A stretch of DNA of 64,000 nt from Camelus ferus (Eukaryota): NCBI RefSeq assembly GCF_009834535.1, contig NC_045696.1:6388001-6452000 (forward strand). Direction: 5' to 3'. Shown here in pieces: positions 37,720-49,737 of this stretch (positions are counted from its first letter, which is position 1; each line of letters opens with the position of its first letter). Both the position numbers and the translations under genes were made by a program. Under the pieces are notes generated by a model, which saw only the letters and a program-made list of their open reading frames with translations, made no database searches and had not been told where the DNA came from.

Positions 37720-39995
37720 AAGAGATCATGGGCTAGTGATAGCCTTGGGCACCTGGCAGAAGTAAACACAAAATCTTGGAGAAGCATTCCTTCAATTCAA
37801 GCTTTACTAAATTCCTACCGATAAAGACCCACTGAAGATGACTCTGCAACCCAAATTACAAAAACAGGAAGAAACCATCTACCAAGACCAAGATTTAGCA
37901 GAAACAACAGGCAACATGATTAAACCCTCAAGAATGTTAGATATTTGAGTAAATGGATTTTAAAATGACTAGATCCATAAAAGAAGGAGTCAAAAAAGAG
38001 GAAGAAGACATTATGGGAAAGAACAGACAATCCTAAAGAAGAAACAATAGATTTCCTAACAACACAAAAACAGTCTTCAAGACTCAGTGTCAAAAAAATA
38101 TTGAAAACTCAGTAGATGGGTTCAACGGTTGATTTGATAATGCTGAATACTGAATTAAAGGAGGGAGACTTGAGAGTGTTCTCAAAGTGCAGCACAGTGA
38201 CAAAGAGGTGGAAAATAAGAAAAAAAAGTCAATAATTGGGAAGGACTCATGGTAATATCCTATGTAGATCTAATAGAAATTCCAGAAAGAAGGAAATAAA
38301 GAGAATGGAAGAGATGAAATATTTGAAGAGATAAAACCTAAGACTTTCCCAAAACTGATGAACAAAACCATTCTCCAAATACAGGAAGCACCAGTCAGAG
38401 AAGAATAAATAAGAATTAGTCTGCTCTAATCACATTATGGTGAGACCACAGAACACCAAAGACAAAGTATTTTAGAGCCAACTAAAGAATAAAAACAGAC
38501 TGTCTAAAAATAATGATAGTTATGAGGCCAGCAAACTTCTCAACAACAAAACAGACCACAGAGGGCAGTAGAGGAAAATCTCCAGTGAGCTGGGGGAAAC
38601 TGACAAAACTCTAAATATCTTCTGGTCTCTTAACCTTTTTTTTTTTTTTCTCTTTTTTCTGCCACAGACTCATTTAGTAACTTGGTAAAGTCAATGGATC
38701 CTTTAGAATAATATCTTTAAATAAACTTCAGAGGAATACAAAGGAAACTAACTACATAGAGAGTACATTCTAAACTATTATGTAAATTGAGAGTGAAATA
38801 AAGATACTTTCAAACAAAGGGTGAGAGTTGGTTGCTAACTGACCTTCACTTTAGGGAGTAACGCAAGATTTAGTAAACAAAAAGAGAGAACAGATCTTAG
38901 AAGAAAGGAGTGAAATATAAGGACACGGTTGCAATGAAACTGGTTAATATGAGGGCAGATCTAGCAAGAAATGGATGTGAACTGACAACACAGCGTCCTA
39001 TCTGGGGAGTAGAGGGACAAGGTGGAATAGAAATACTGGCCAACATTATCGGATAAGATTAAGGGTGAATGACTAGAGTTGAAGGTTCCCCAGATCCTTG
39101 CATTCTTTGGGAAAAGGACATTTGGTGATTAAATTTAGATTTTGTTTAAAGACTGACAAACAAAGAAATAGAAGTAGAATGTTGAACAGTCAACCATTAG
39201 AGAGGAAAGAAACAAAAAAAAAAGGAACAAAGGAAAATGGATGAATCCAATCAGACATTTGGAAAGGAGAACTAAAGAGGAACAGACAGTAATAGAAAGC
39301 ATAAAGTGGTAGAAATCAGATATGTCAGTAACAATAAATGTAAGTGACCAAACTCGCCATGAAAGACAGAAAGTGATAAAGTAGATTAAAAAAAAAAACT
39401 CCAAAGTTAGTTAAGTACTATTTACAGAAACATCTACCACAGAGAAGGACTGAGAGCAAACAGATGGGACAAGACATATTAGTCAAATTCCAATCAAAAT
39501 AAAGCAAACAAGAATGGAAACAGAAAGCAGAAAGCATTACTGTAGAAAATTAAGGGTTATCACATAATTTTTAAAAGTTTATATTTATAAAGAATATATA
39601 AAATGATAAAATTGTAAACACATAATAACATAGTCTTAAAATACATAAAGAACTCTATGGAGAAATAGACAAATCCACTTTAGTGAGAGATTTTAATTTG
39701 CCTTTCTCAGCATTTGATAGATTAATGATGTGAAAATTACGTATGCGTTACTAATTTTGATTCAGTGGTTATTTATAGAAATCTGCACTCAACGATGAGA
39801 AGATATGCCTTCTTTTTAAGCGCTCAAAGGACTTTTGCAGAAATTGACCATGTCGTAGGCCACCAAAAGAGTAACCACCAGGATTTAAAAAATCACTTTC
39901 ATGTTAGACTTCATTCACTGGCCAAAGTGCAATAAAATTCGAAATCGGTAATTATCAATGCAATAACTGAACTCCATTCATAGTTTGGAAATTAA
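37720..39995 (+). mobile_element. Ancient degenerate L1 (L1M-type) ORF1 to ORF2-endonuclease region, sense to ERG
   Basis: A-rich strand; gaaatatttgaagagataa...ttcccaaaactgatgaa (ORF1), gaaatagacaaatccac...gagattttaa (endonuclease GDFN region), gaaattgaccatgtcgtaggccac (IDH motif); no intact ORF; boundaries approximate. Confidence 0.8.
38622..38767 (+). mobile_element. hAT-Charlie-type (MER119/Charlie-like) fragment nested in the L1
   Basis: cttaacctttttt...tgccacagactc...ggtaaagtcaatggatcctttagaataat...tacaaaggaaactaactacat. Confidence 0.5.
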
Positions 39996-41339
39996 AAGGT
40001 TCAGGAATAACCTTGAGGGTAGGTTCTTTACTTGAGATCAAATTTCAATTTCTGGTGGAGTGAAGCTCAGATTTGAGCCATTTCTCTTTATTGGACTTTA
40101 TAAACGTAAGTCTGTTCCTACGAGGCGGCAAAATGTTAAATCTTATTTTTGCAGGCTTCTGAGTGTCTTGGAGAGCAGACTGGCGGACTTGCCAGGGTCT
40201 GGTTTTATAAACAAAGACCTCATAGGATTGTGATATGGCTTAGAGGTACATTTTATTTTTTTTGGTATTTGTTCATTACCGAGGGTGATTTTTCTATCTG
40301 GAAGCCAATATTTTGCATTGCTATTGTTCAAGACAAATGACACTCAGGGCTTATATTATCACCAAGTTGGTTCTTGCTTAATCTTGCTTTTATTCATTCC
40401 TCTTGGGGGGTCTCTGAAACAGGATGTTTGCCTGCATGAGATATTTTGTTTCATGAAGACGCAGTATGTCTTCAGCAATGCAATATCCTTTTGCCTAATT
40501 TAAATATCGACTTAATATTTTCCTGGCAGCAGTGGGGCTCTACTAAGTCAGAATCCAGTTTCAGGGAAGTGTAAAAAAAGAAAATTCAACCCTCCCCCCC
40601 AGCACTGCTTGACCCCCACCTCCAGTACCTTAAACAGGGCAACTCCAGAAGACAGCTTTGCTTTTGTTTGTTTTAATCCCAGTGTACTGAAATAGCATTC
40701 ATAAACTTTTAGATATTAACCATGTAATCGAAGATACAAATAAGAGGCTTTAGAGAGAGAGATGGCTTTTTTTTCTTTTACCCTGTACCGCGAATCTTTA
40801 CCATTTTGATGTCCGCGAAATGCGGGGTGATGATACAGATGTTTTCAAAACAATTGGCCTGGAGGGCTGCACGCAAAACAGCTTATCTCCAGTGGCTCAT
40901 AGTTCATCTGACAGAAACCCCTCCAAAAGCTTCTTAAAATAAAGCAATAAATCAGACTTCTGTGTTTAAAGGAAGAGGCTGCTCCTGTGATAATAGATTG
41001 CCTATTTCATTTTAGCAGAGTTTGCAATGCAAAATCCAGTATGTGGATGCATTATTTCTCTGCAATATGTTATTGTTGGCAAAGTGCTTTCACATACATT
41101 ATCTCATTTACTTTCCAATTCCCCTAGCGTTTCACTTAATTACCCACAATAAAAAGAAAACAGATTCCAGAGAGGTTAACTTTTACATCTAATGAATGGT
41201 TGAGTCAGAATCCAAATATGGCTAAGCTGGCTCCCAATAAAGCCTTTTATTTTTATCACCAAGTTTGCTGTGCTTGATGTAATTTAAGACATTCGTTGAT
41301 TCCTTAGACATTTGCAATGACTCTGAAATTCCTAGATCA

Positions 41340-41810
41340 TAAAGTCCAGTCTTCTTAGCAAGATACTCAAGGCTCTCCTTGGTCTAACCCTAGCTTTCAT
41401 TTCCACCCTCATATGTTTCTGTGCTCCCTCTTAAACCCTCGACTCCAGCTACACTGAAATGCTCACATGTCCCTCAAAACATCACGTGATTCATGCCTCT
41501 GTGTCTGTGAAGCTGGGCTTAAGCTCTTCCCCTCAACTAAAGGGCTTCTCTGCTCTGTCACCGTCTGTCTAAATCCTTTTTGTGAATACAGGCTCAAGCC
41601 AAACCCTTCTGGTGAAACCTTTCCCTTTGTTCTGGTTGGGACCAGTTGCTACTTCTCTGTACTCCCACATCCTGCTTGGATAACCCAGATTTCCTTCTGC
41701 TTGGTGGGTGCTGTTCATGGCTGCCTCCCTCGGGAGACTCTCAGCATCTTCGTCTTGGCCGCCTCTGAATCCCTGAAGCACCTGTCCCTGCAGCAAATGC
41801 TCAGTAACTC
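41340..41810 (+). mobile_element. L2 fragment (degenerate)
   Basis: aaagtccagtcttcttagc...tcaaggctctcc...ctccagctacactgaa...aaatgctcagtaa. Confidence 0.55.
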
Positions 41811-43009
41811 AGTTAAGTTCAGCTTAGTCCCTATCCTGTTGGAGTCATTCCTTAGGTCCTTGGAGTCTGCGTACTGTTTATGGAAGAAACCCAGGCTCAG
41901 TCTTGAGGTTAGGTGACAGGTTTTGATGTACTGCTACCTGGAGACAGAGGGTGTGGGGTCACACCTGAACAGAGGCAGAGGTGACCCTTGGTTGGGGCTC
42001 ATTCTGTCACTCCCTCCCCTTTCTCCCTCACATGCATAGTTGGGGGTCAGGAGAAGGGATAAATCCTGCTGAATCTTGTGGGACCTTGGGAGCCGCCTTC
42101 TGTGTTGGTGGGTTGGGGCAGAAGCAAGAAAGCTTTGCTGACATATCTTGGGCCATGGAGGAAACCTAGGGCACTCTCTGTGGAGTTGAAAGGTGAGCCA
42201 GGACCCAAAGCACTGACCTGAACCCTAAAAACACTCTCTGTAGTTGTATCATCCATCTGCATCTGCATCCCTGGTGACCCAGAGAGCTGGGGGAGAGCCC
42301 GGCAGGGGCTCTGTCACCGAGGCAGCGGCTGGGCCATCAGTCTTGTTATCACTTCCCTGCCCAGAGATTCACTGTAAGTGCTCACACCTCAAGGGCATGG
42401 AGGACAGATGCCCAAAGGAGGTGGTGAGTGTAGGTGAGGGTAAAAGAAAGGGTGATTCCTCAAGCGGTGGGTGGTGTGTGGGCACAGGCATGGGGTGTTG
42501 GTTCAGGAGATGGCAGCTGGTTGTGTGTGCTGTAGGATGAAGGGGGCGGTGGTTGGGGATGACACCCATGACAATGGTGGGGCCCAGAGCCCTAAGGGCC
42601 ACGTGCTTCAGGCTGAAGAGTTTGGACTTATCCCTTGCGAACTATTCTCTATTACATCATCTGTAGAGTAGGTCCAGAATTATGGCGCCCATGGACAGGT
42701 TGGAAAGGAGCATCTTCATTTACTCTATCAAGTGTCCATATTTTGTTTTTAATATTCTTTTCTTATTAATGTATAGGGTAGAGGTGCGGAGATCAAATTC
42801 CAAAAGGATACAGGAGTAACGTGACTTTGTGTAATTTTATTCTTTTCAAATGAAGCAATTCCTGTTAACAAACTGTATGAGAAAATAACATTAAAATTCT
42901 ATACCTTTGAAAGTTTTATAAAAACACACACACATATATATATATATTCCTTTGTAAGACCTTGTTTTGATTCTAAAACAGGGGATACATTTTTTCATAA
43001 ATAACTTTT

Positions 43010-43555
43010 TAACCAAATAACTTATTGTAGAAATAAGAGAAGATATACAATTCAGTGAAAAGAAAAGAATCTAAAAATCTTCATTACTTTTTCCTCAGAG
43101 ACAGTAGTTGCCATTTCACTGCATATCCCTCCAAAATTCTTTCCATGGGTAGATTTGTATTTCTTTGTAAAATATAATTATGCTACCGTAATGTTTTCAA
43201 ATTTTTAAATTTAATCAATTTGACTTTTTTTTTTTCATAGCAATAAATATATTCAGCAGTGTAATTTTTAGTTTCTAACTATCACAGGACTGTTCCTAAA
43301 TGTATTCTCTTTTTGCGGGACATTTAGGGTGTTTCCAGTGTTTTGCTATTATAAACAACGCCACAAAGAACATCCTTGAAAATAAATCATTGCGCACTTC
43401 CTCTATTATTTCCTTAGGGTAACTTTCTAGAAGTGGAATTTTTAGTTCAGAGATGATGCACATTTTTTAAAAGGCATTTGAAATATATTGCTGAATTGTT
43501 TGTTGGAAAGGTTGTAGTGATTTATGCTCACGCCAGCAGTCCCAGAGAATTGCCG
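43010..43555 (-). mobile_element. Old L1ME-type 3' fragment
   Basis: ggacatttagggtgtttccagtgttttgctattataaacaa...ctagaagtggaatt...gaaaggttgtagtgatttatgctcacgccagcagt. Confidence 0.75.
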
Positions 43556-44533
43556 TCTGACCAATCCAAAGTGAGAATTTAGAGATAATAACAGAGCAGG
43601 TCAAGGAGGAATTGGTCTCTAGGGTCTTGCATGCGATTGCCTTAAAGTAAAACTGAATGAGCCATTATGACCTTGGCCTTAGCAAGGGAAACCAATTACT
43701 GGGCAAACCAAGGGACAGTGGAGAGCTTGGACCTCTTCGCTGGCTGTCTTCCTCAGATGTCATCTGACTGTTTTAACATGAGCCCAGTAACTTTCAGGAA
43801 GATGTTGATGAATCATTTAAAAAATATCTGATTCCACCATTAAGAGAAGAAAATGCATTTCTAGAGTGAACTGATTTCTAGGAAGTAGTTATACCAAAAC
43901 GTAGTCCTCCCATGTTGTTAAAAGCAAAACAAAACAAAAAGAAAGCTTTGGCTGATATCTAGCAGAGGAATTTATAGGAAATGACTTGGGGACCCCTATG
44001 GAAAGGAGAGCCTTCCATGTGAGGGGGCTGTTTAACCGTCCTCTGCACAGAAACAAGGAAAGAGGACTTGAATTAAGGGCATCATCCTAAGGGCAATATA
44101 TGATCTGATCCTGCATCATGAGGAAGTGTGACATACCATGAGAAAAAGGGGGGGGAAAGACCTTCTGTGGCAACAGTCTGGGGTTTTGAACATTTTATCC
44201 CTGGAAGCACAATCCTGACCCAATGGCAAAGAGCCATCTGAACTTCAATGAGTTGGGCAAAGTTAACATTCAATTTTCGCAGACTAACAAAATGTTTCCA
44301 TGTGTTTGGATTACCAAGGGGTGCACACACCTTTCTGTCAACACTGCCATTTGAGCTTTTGGAGAAGTTCTGCTGCAACGGGAACGTTTCCTAGTTTTCA
44401 GATTCTGTGCACCGATGGCTGATTGCGAGTGTGAGTCGTGTAGCATTGGTTGAAATCCACTACGTACTGGTCATAGAGGACTCGCGGTCCCTGTGACCAG
44501 CAATTCCATATCTTGGTGCTCACCCGAGGTCAG

Positions 44534-44830
44534 CGCTTCACCAAGGGTAATGTGCACATGGATCAGCTGAGGATCTTGGGAAAATAGACTCTAATTCCGC
44601 GGGTCCGAGGGGGCTTCTGGGATTCCGCATTCTAATGAGTTCCCAGGGGATGTGGCTGCTGCTAGGTCTCTCAACCACCATCTGAACAGTGAAGTCCCAG
44701 GGTAGACGGTCTGAACCGCATTAAAATTACCTGGACAGCTCACGCCTGGGCTGCCCCCCAGCAGAATTCAGTCAGAATCCTCGTGGGTGAGACAGGTGTC
44801 AGTAGGTTTTCATCTCCCCGTCATTGCCCA
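44534..44830. mobile_element. Two adjacent MER5-type MITE fragments
   Basis: atcagctgaggatcttgggaaaatagactctaattc...gattccgcattctaatgagttcccaggggatg; then aattacctggacagct...cagaattcagtcagaatc. Confidence 0.55.
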
Positions 44831-45214
44831 GGCAGCGGACCAAGGCAGGCTCCTTCACATGTGTGCAGGGAGGTAGACACAGGGATGTTCATCAATAAGT
44901 AAATTGGGTATATTCATAGAGAGGTGCCCGAGAGCTGCTGAGATAATGGAATATACCTCCATAGCTTAACTTGGACACACCTTGAAAATACAGCGCTGAG
45001 CACCAAAAGCAAATCAGATACCACTGATGTTCACTTTAAAGGCACAAAACAATAGATGTAGTGGATCTGGTAAGAGATACATAAGGATGACGGCTGTATC
45101 ACTTTAGGATAGAGGTTACTCCTGGGGGGTCCAGGAGGGAAATGGGATAGGAATGGATTCTATCGGATTTGAAATAATTTCTTTCTATTAAAAAAAGATA
45201 TGAAATGGTAGAGA

Positions 45215-45290
45215 ATGAACAAAAGAAGGGAGGGAGGGGGAGGCAGAAAGAGAGGGAGAAAGGAAAAGAAAGAAGAAAGGGAGGGAGAAT
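45215..45290. repeat. Polypurine (GA-rich) low-complexity tract
   Basis: Directly visible. Confidence 0.85.
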
Positions 45291-46199
45291 TCTAGTCTCA
45301 GGACTGTGTCTGGTTGTTTCTCACTGACTTCTTAGACTGAAATGTGTTCCAGCAGGACACCGCCTGCCCATTCTCAAGCACCTCAGAACATTAGTAAGAC
45401 CAAACAAGGTTCTAAAATTATTAGCTAGAAAGAGATTCAGAAGGGCTATTTATTCCCACAGTAGATGTTTCCACTTGTGATGACCCGAACATCATGGCAG
45501 GCTTGCCTGCTCTGGGCCAGTCCAGAGGACCAAGACCAAGGCTTTCCATCTCTCATGTGAAACAGACACAGGAGAAGCAGCCTCCGGAGGCCGCAGTGAG
45601 CTGAGAGACCCTGGGATTAGAGCTCTGGGCTCCTGATTCTTGCCCTGGTGTCTCTCAGCTCTCAGGGGACCCCAGGAAGGAGCCCTGTGTGCCAGTGGTG
45701 CCCCGAGGACCCCTCCACCCAAGCTGTTTGTGTGGGGTGCTTCCAGCTTGTGTTTCCGTTGGGGATCACCTGCTCCTTCTCCCCAGGGCCCTGTCCTCCT
45801 GGTCCTGCCGGGGTCCCCTCCCATACATGGCAGTGGAGCGTGATGCTGCCTGCATCCTGTGGGGTGTTTCTACCACAGCTGTGGACTGTGGAAGCCAGCC
45901 TGCCTCCTGCAGGTGTGAGTTACTGGCAAAACCAAGTTCCCTGCAGGAAAGGCATGTAACTGACAGCTCTCTCTTAGAAACCCAAGCGCACAGGAGGTGC
46001 TAGCCTTCTGGTTGACCTCCACTTTACCTCCAGTTCTGTGCTCCATAGTTTTTCATCTTTCATACAAATACTGTTGTGTTTTTCTTGGTAATCTGTAATT
46101 AGCAACCTCCTGACATGTGTGGTCTTAGTTTCATATAAAGATGCCAGTAGTTTTCTAAGGAAAGAAGATTTTCATTTATTCTTATTTTTTCCCCCATTC

Positions 46200-46312
46200 T
46201 TTCTTTTTTTGGATTGAAGTACAGTTGATTTACAGTGCTGTGTTAGTTTCAGGTGTGTAGCAAAGGGATTCAGTTACACGTACGTCTATAGCTATAGCTG
46301 TTCTTTTTCAGA
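46200..46312 (-). mobile_element. Short L1 3' end fragment
   Basis: ttgaagtacagttgatttacagtgctgtgttagtttcaggtgtgtagcaaagggattcagtta; same family as 857 and 24470. Confidence 0.8.
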
Positions 46313-46653
46313 TGAATAAATGAATAAATAAAAATGAAAAGAAATTAATAAAAAGAGAAGCCCATCCCTGTGGGAAACCTTGGACTAGCTGAGCAACAGG
46401 AGCAGGTGGTACGAATAATCCTGAACTTTCAGAACAATTCACCTGGAAGACAGTGGTCTCTGACTGAGTCGGTTTGTTCCCCAAAGATGATCTCCTGGGA
46501 CCAGTCACCGAGCCTGGCTTGAGGCCGTGCTTCTGGAAGAGCAGGAGGGGTGGTCTGGAAATCTGTGGCTGGCGGGAGATCCCACCTGGGATGTGGCTCT
46601 GCCCAGAAGTTTGTCTCCAGGAGTTGATCAAATGTGCTTGCATCCCCTTTCAG

Positions 46654-46857
46654 ATCCTACACTATGGAGTACAGACCACGTCCGGCAGTGGCTGGAGTGG
46701 GCAGTGAAAGAATACGGCCTTCCGGACGTCGACATCTTATTATTTCAGAATATTGACGGAAAGGAACTGTGCAAGATGACCAAAGACGACTTTCAGAGGC
46801 TCACCCCGAGCTACAATGCTGACATCCTTCTGTCGCATCTCCACTACCTCAGAGAGA
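46654..46857 (+). CDS. ERG: ERG coding exon, 204 nt, PNT (pointed/SAM) domain ([21 protein letters not shown]...LSHLHYLRE)
   Basis: Acceptor cccctttcag|AT, donor AGA|gtaaga; typical ERG/FLI1 PNT domain peptide; phase 1 to 1. Confidence 0.99.
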
Positions 46858-47572
46858 GTAAGACGGTCCCCACTCCAACAGAGATCCCTGTCGAGAGGTT
46901 CTTGTTAACCTGAGATGCAGAGAGGTCCGTCCTCTTTCTGCCCCAACCCGATTCCCATTTAAGATTGAGAGAACTGAATGCTTAGAAGGTGATGACTTAG
47001 ATGAATGTGTAGTGAGTAGCCCTGCTGCCTCCTCCAGGGTCCCCCAACCAAGAAGATCACATGTCAGAGGGAAACACATTGTTTATTATTCATCCAGTCA
47101 CCCATTATTTCATCTCCACGATGCCTAAATTGAAAGAGGAACCTTACAGAAAGGCTCCTCCTTGATGAGAATTATGGAGTTTATCTTCCCTAAAGCCGAA
47201 CCAAGCTCCCCTTCCACATTCCGCTGGAAGATGACACGAGCGAGGTGTCTGCTCGGTGTCTTGAGGTGTGGCCCAGGCCTGTCAGAGTGGGAATGGCATA
47301 CTGGCGATGAGAGGCATGAATCCACAGAGTCTGCTGCATGCTTTACTTCTTCAAATGTCAAGCATGATCAGAAGGAGATGTAGACGTAGTGCAGCAATGG
47401 GTGGTGTGAACTCTTGAGTGTCAATGCTTTGCCTGGCATCCCAACCACTTTTTCCTGGAATTAAACATGGGCCCCCCATCCAGGTTTTAACACGCTAACA
47501 AGTAGCAGGGCCATGGACAGATTTCCAAGCAGCCCTTAATATTAGGGTGGGGATTGGGGTGGGGATGTTTGT

Positions 47573-47611
47573 CTTTCTTCTTCTTCTTCTTCTTTTTTTT
47601 TTTTTTTTTTT
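47573..47611. repeat. (CTT)n plus poly(T) tract upstream of the 81-nt exon
   Basis: Directly visible. Confidence 0.9.
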
Positions 47612-47674
47612 AAGGAAGGTCATTCGCTCTCTCTTTTTTTTCATTTGGATGTTGCTTTGTGTTTTGTTTTGTAG

Positions 47675-47755
47675 CACCTCTTCCACATTTGACTTCCGAT
47701 GATGTTGATAAAGCCTTACAAAACTCTCCACGGTTAATGCATGCTAGAAACACAG
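47675..47755 (+). CDS. ERG: ERG 81-nt exon (TPLPHLTSDDVDKALQNSPRLMHARNT), alternatively spliced in other vertebrates; contains the S215-Pro site
   Basis: Acceptor gttttgttttgtag|CA, donor CAG|gtaatg; peptide matches ERG; phase 1 to 1. Confidence 0.97.
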
Positions 47756-49665
47756 GTAATGCTGGCCCTGCCCCTCCCCACAGGACAGGCATAGGCTCTT
47801 GTCTGCAGGCTGCATGCTTTCCAGGTAGAACGTGGGACGTTCATCAGGTTGAGGGGTCCGTGGTAGGTCGGAGACTCTGTGCTGGAGGCACACAAGGCAG
47901 GGGGCGCTCTTCGGTCCCTGAACACTTCCCCCTCTCCTCGCCAGGGGAAGGATTTCTTTCAACCAGGAGCTGGGTGGAATTAGCCTTTGGCCATAGCCTT
48001 AGCCCATGTGCTGGATTACAGTCAGTCCTCCAATAGGCACTGTGCTGATTATAGAAACTGAAAGCATCTTCTGGATAAAGTGACCCTTAGGATTCTCCAA
48101 TTTTTTTCCCTTTATAAATTTTTATTGTTAAAGGAATGTTGACTTGGACAAGCAGTTTTATTTTCCCCTTTGGTAAAGGCTTAGGCCATTTGAGTTGTCT
48201 GGACGTTAATCTCCTCGCACAGACTGTACCTTTGCAAAAGGAGGTTGGAGGGGATGTTGCTTGTTTTTTGTGAGCTTTGGTTGAGAGGGAAACTGTGTTA
48301 TAATTTTGGCAGATATGAGATTAGTTACTAACCGAATACCTGCTATCCTGTGTCTAACCATTGAGTCTACCTTTTATGTATTTGTTTGTTTATCTGTGTA
48401 TTTGTTGTGCCTGAGCCTTGTGGAGTTTAACATACTGCTTCTCCCCAGCTAACCCTCCTCCCTCCCGTCCTAGTAAAGGCTGAGAGTAGAGGCTGGGCTT
48501 TCTGTGGATGAATGTTCTCCTGGTCCCATGCATTTCCTCCCTCCTGATGGAGACACAACAGAAGCATGGCCTCAGGCTGCTCACCCCCCGTACCAGCCTG
48601 CAGGGACCCTCTGCCACCCCCAGGCTGGGGAGAAAACCATCGAGTGTGGGAAAGATTAGGTCACCGCTCGGAAGCAAGCCAGCCAATTCATGGGCAGCCC
48701 TTCCATCGAAGTACAGCCATTTCCCAAATAGTTGCCTTGTTCTTTCTAAATGTAGAGTGTGAGGGAGTCCAGATTTGAGAATTACAGAGAAATGACTAAT
48801 GGTCTTGGTTCTCAATATTCAGAACTGAGTAATCTAAAGTCAGAAAAAAAGTTGCTTTGAGTCAATAGTGCACTTTTTCAATGTAAGTTGCACATATCAG
48901 CCTATTAATGACCTTGGGCCAGAAATACCAAGTTCCTTAGACAAAGTCATCTCCCCCCTTCAGAAACACCTTTGAGACACACACTTTCTGATAATTTCAT
49001 AGTTGTTTAAAAGAACTTTTAGCAGTAAGTGAAAGTTTCAAAAAGCTCTGATTTCATTATTTTTGTTATTGCAAAACCTAGAAGCAACTGAAACACAGAA
49101 CAACCAATTCCAAATGGGCTAAACTGTGAAAAGGGGGTTTGTTTTCCGCCCCCGATTTGAGCATTGATTGAGAGAGAGAAAGGGAGAAAGTGCTTTTAGG
49201 GAGAGATGTGGATTCATTTTTAATAAGATCCATACATTCCTTGGTAAAATAGTCATAATTCTTTGGTACTTACTTTCCAAGGGCTCTGTAAGATGTTTTA
49301 TGGGTTTTTATACACTTTGATAATTAAAACACCCACCATAGAACTGTTTTAATAAAATGAGCTTGCTGGGGATGGGGACAGGGGAGGGGCTGGGAAGACA
49401 CACAGCAGGGCTTCAGGAGGAAGTCGCACAATCAGAACACAAGACATCTTGTGCCAAGCGGGGCACAGCAGAGCTCCGCGTCCCCTCCCGTCTTCAGGAT
49501 GTGTCTCTGCCCCGTGTGCTGGCCCTCCCTCCCGAGTCTGTGTGGCAGGTTCCAGGAGGTGGTCTCCCTCGGCTGTCACGGGGCAAAGTGGAGTAGGCGC
49601 TGTCGCTGAGATGGACGACCACAGCCAAAGACCTTCACGTGTTTTGTCTTTCCTTTTGTCTGCAG

Positions 49666-49737
49666 GGGGTGCAACTTTTATTTTCCCCAATACTTCAGTA
49701 TATCCTGAAGCCACGCAAAGAATTACAACTAGGCCAG
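49666..49737 (+). CDS. ERG: ERG 72-nt cassette exon ('exon 7b'; GGATFIFPNTSVYPEATQRITTRP) with FIFP ERK-docking motif
   Basis: Acceptor tttccttttgtctgcag|GG, weak donor CAG|gtacgc; peptide matches ERG; phase 1 to 1. Confidence 0.97.
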
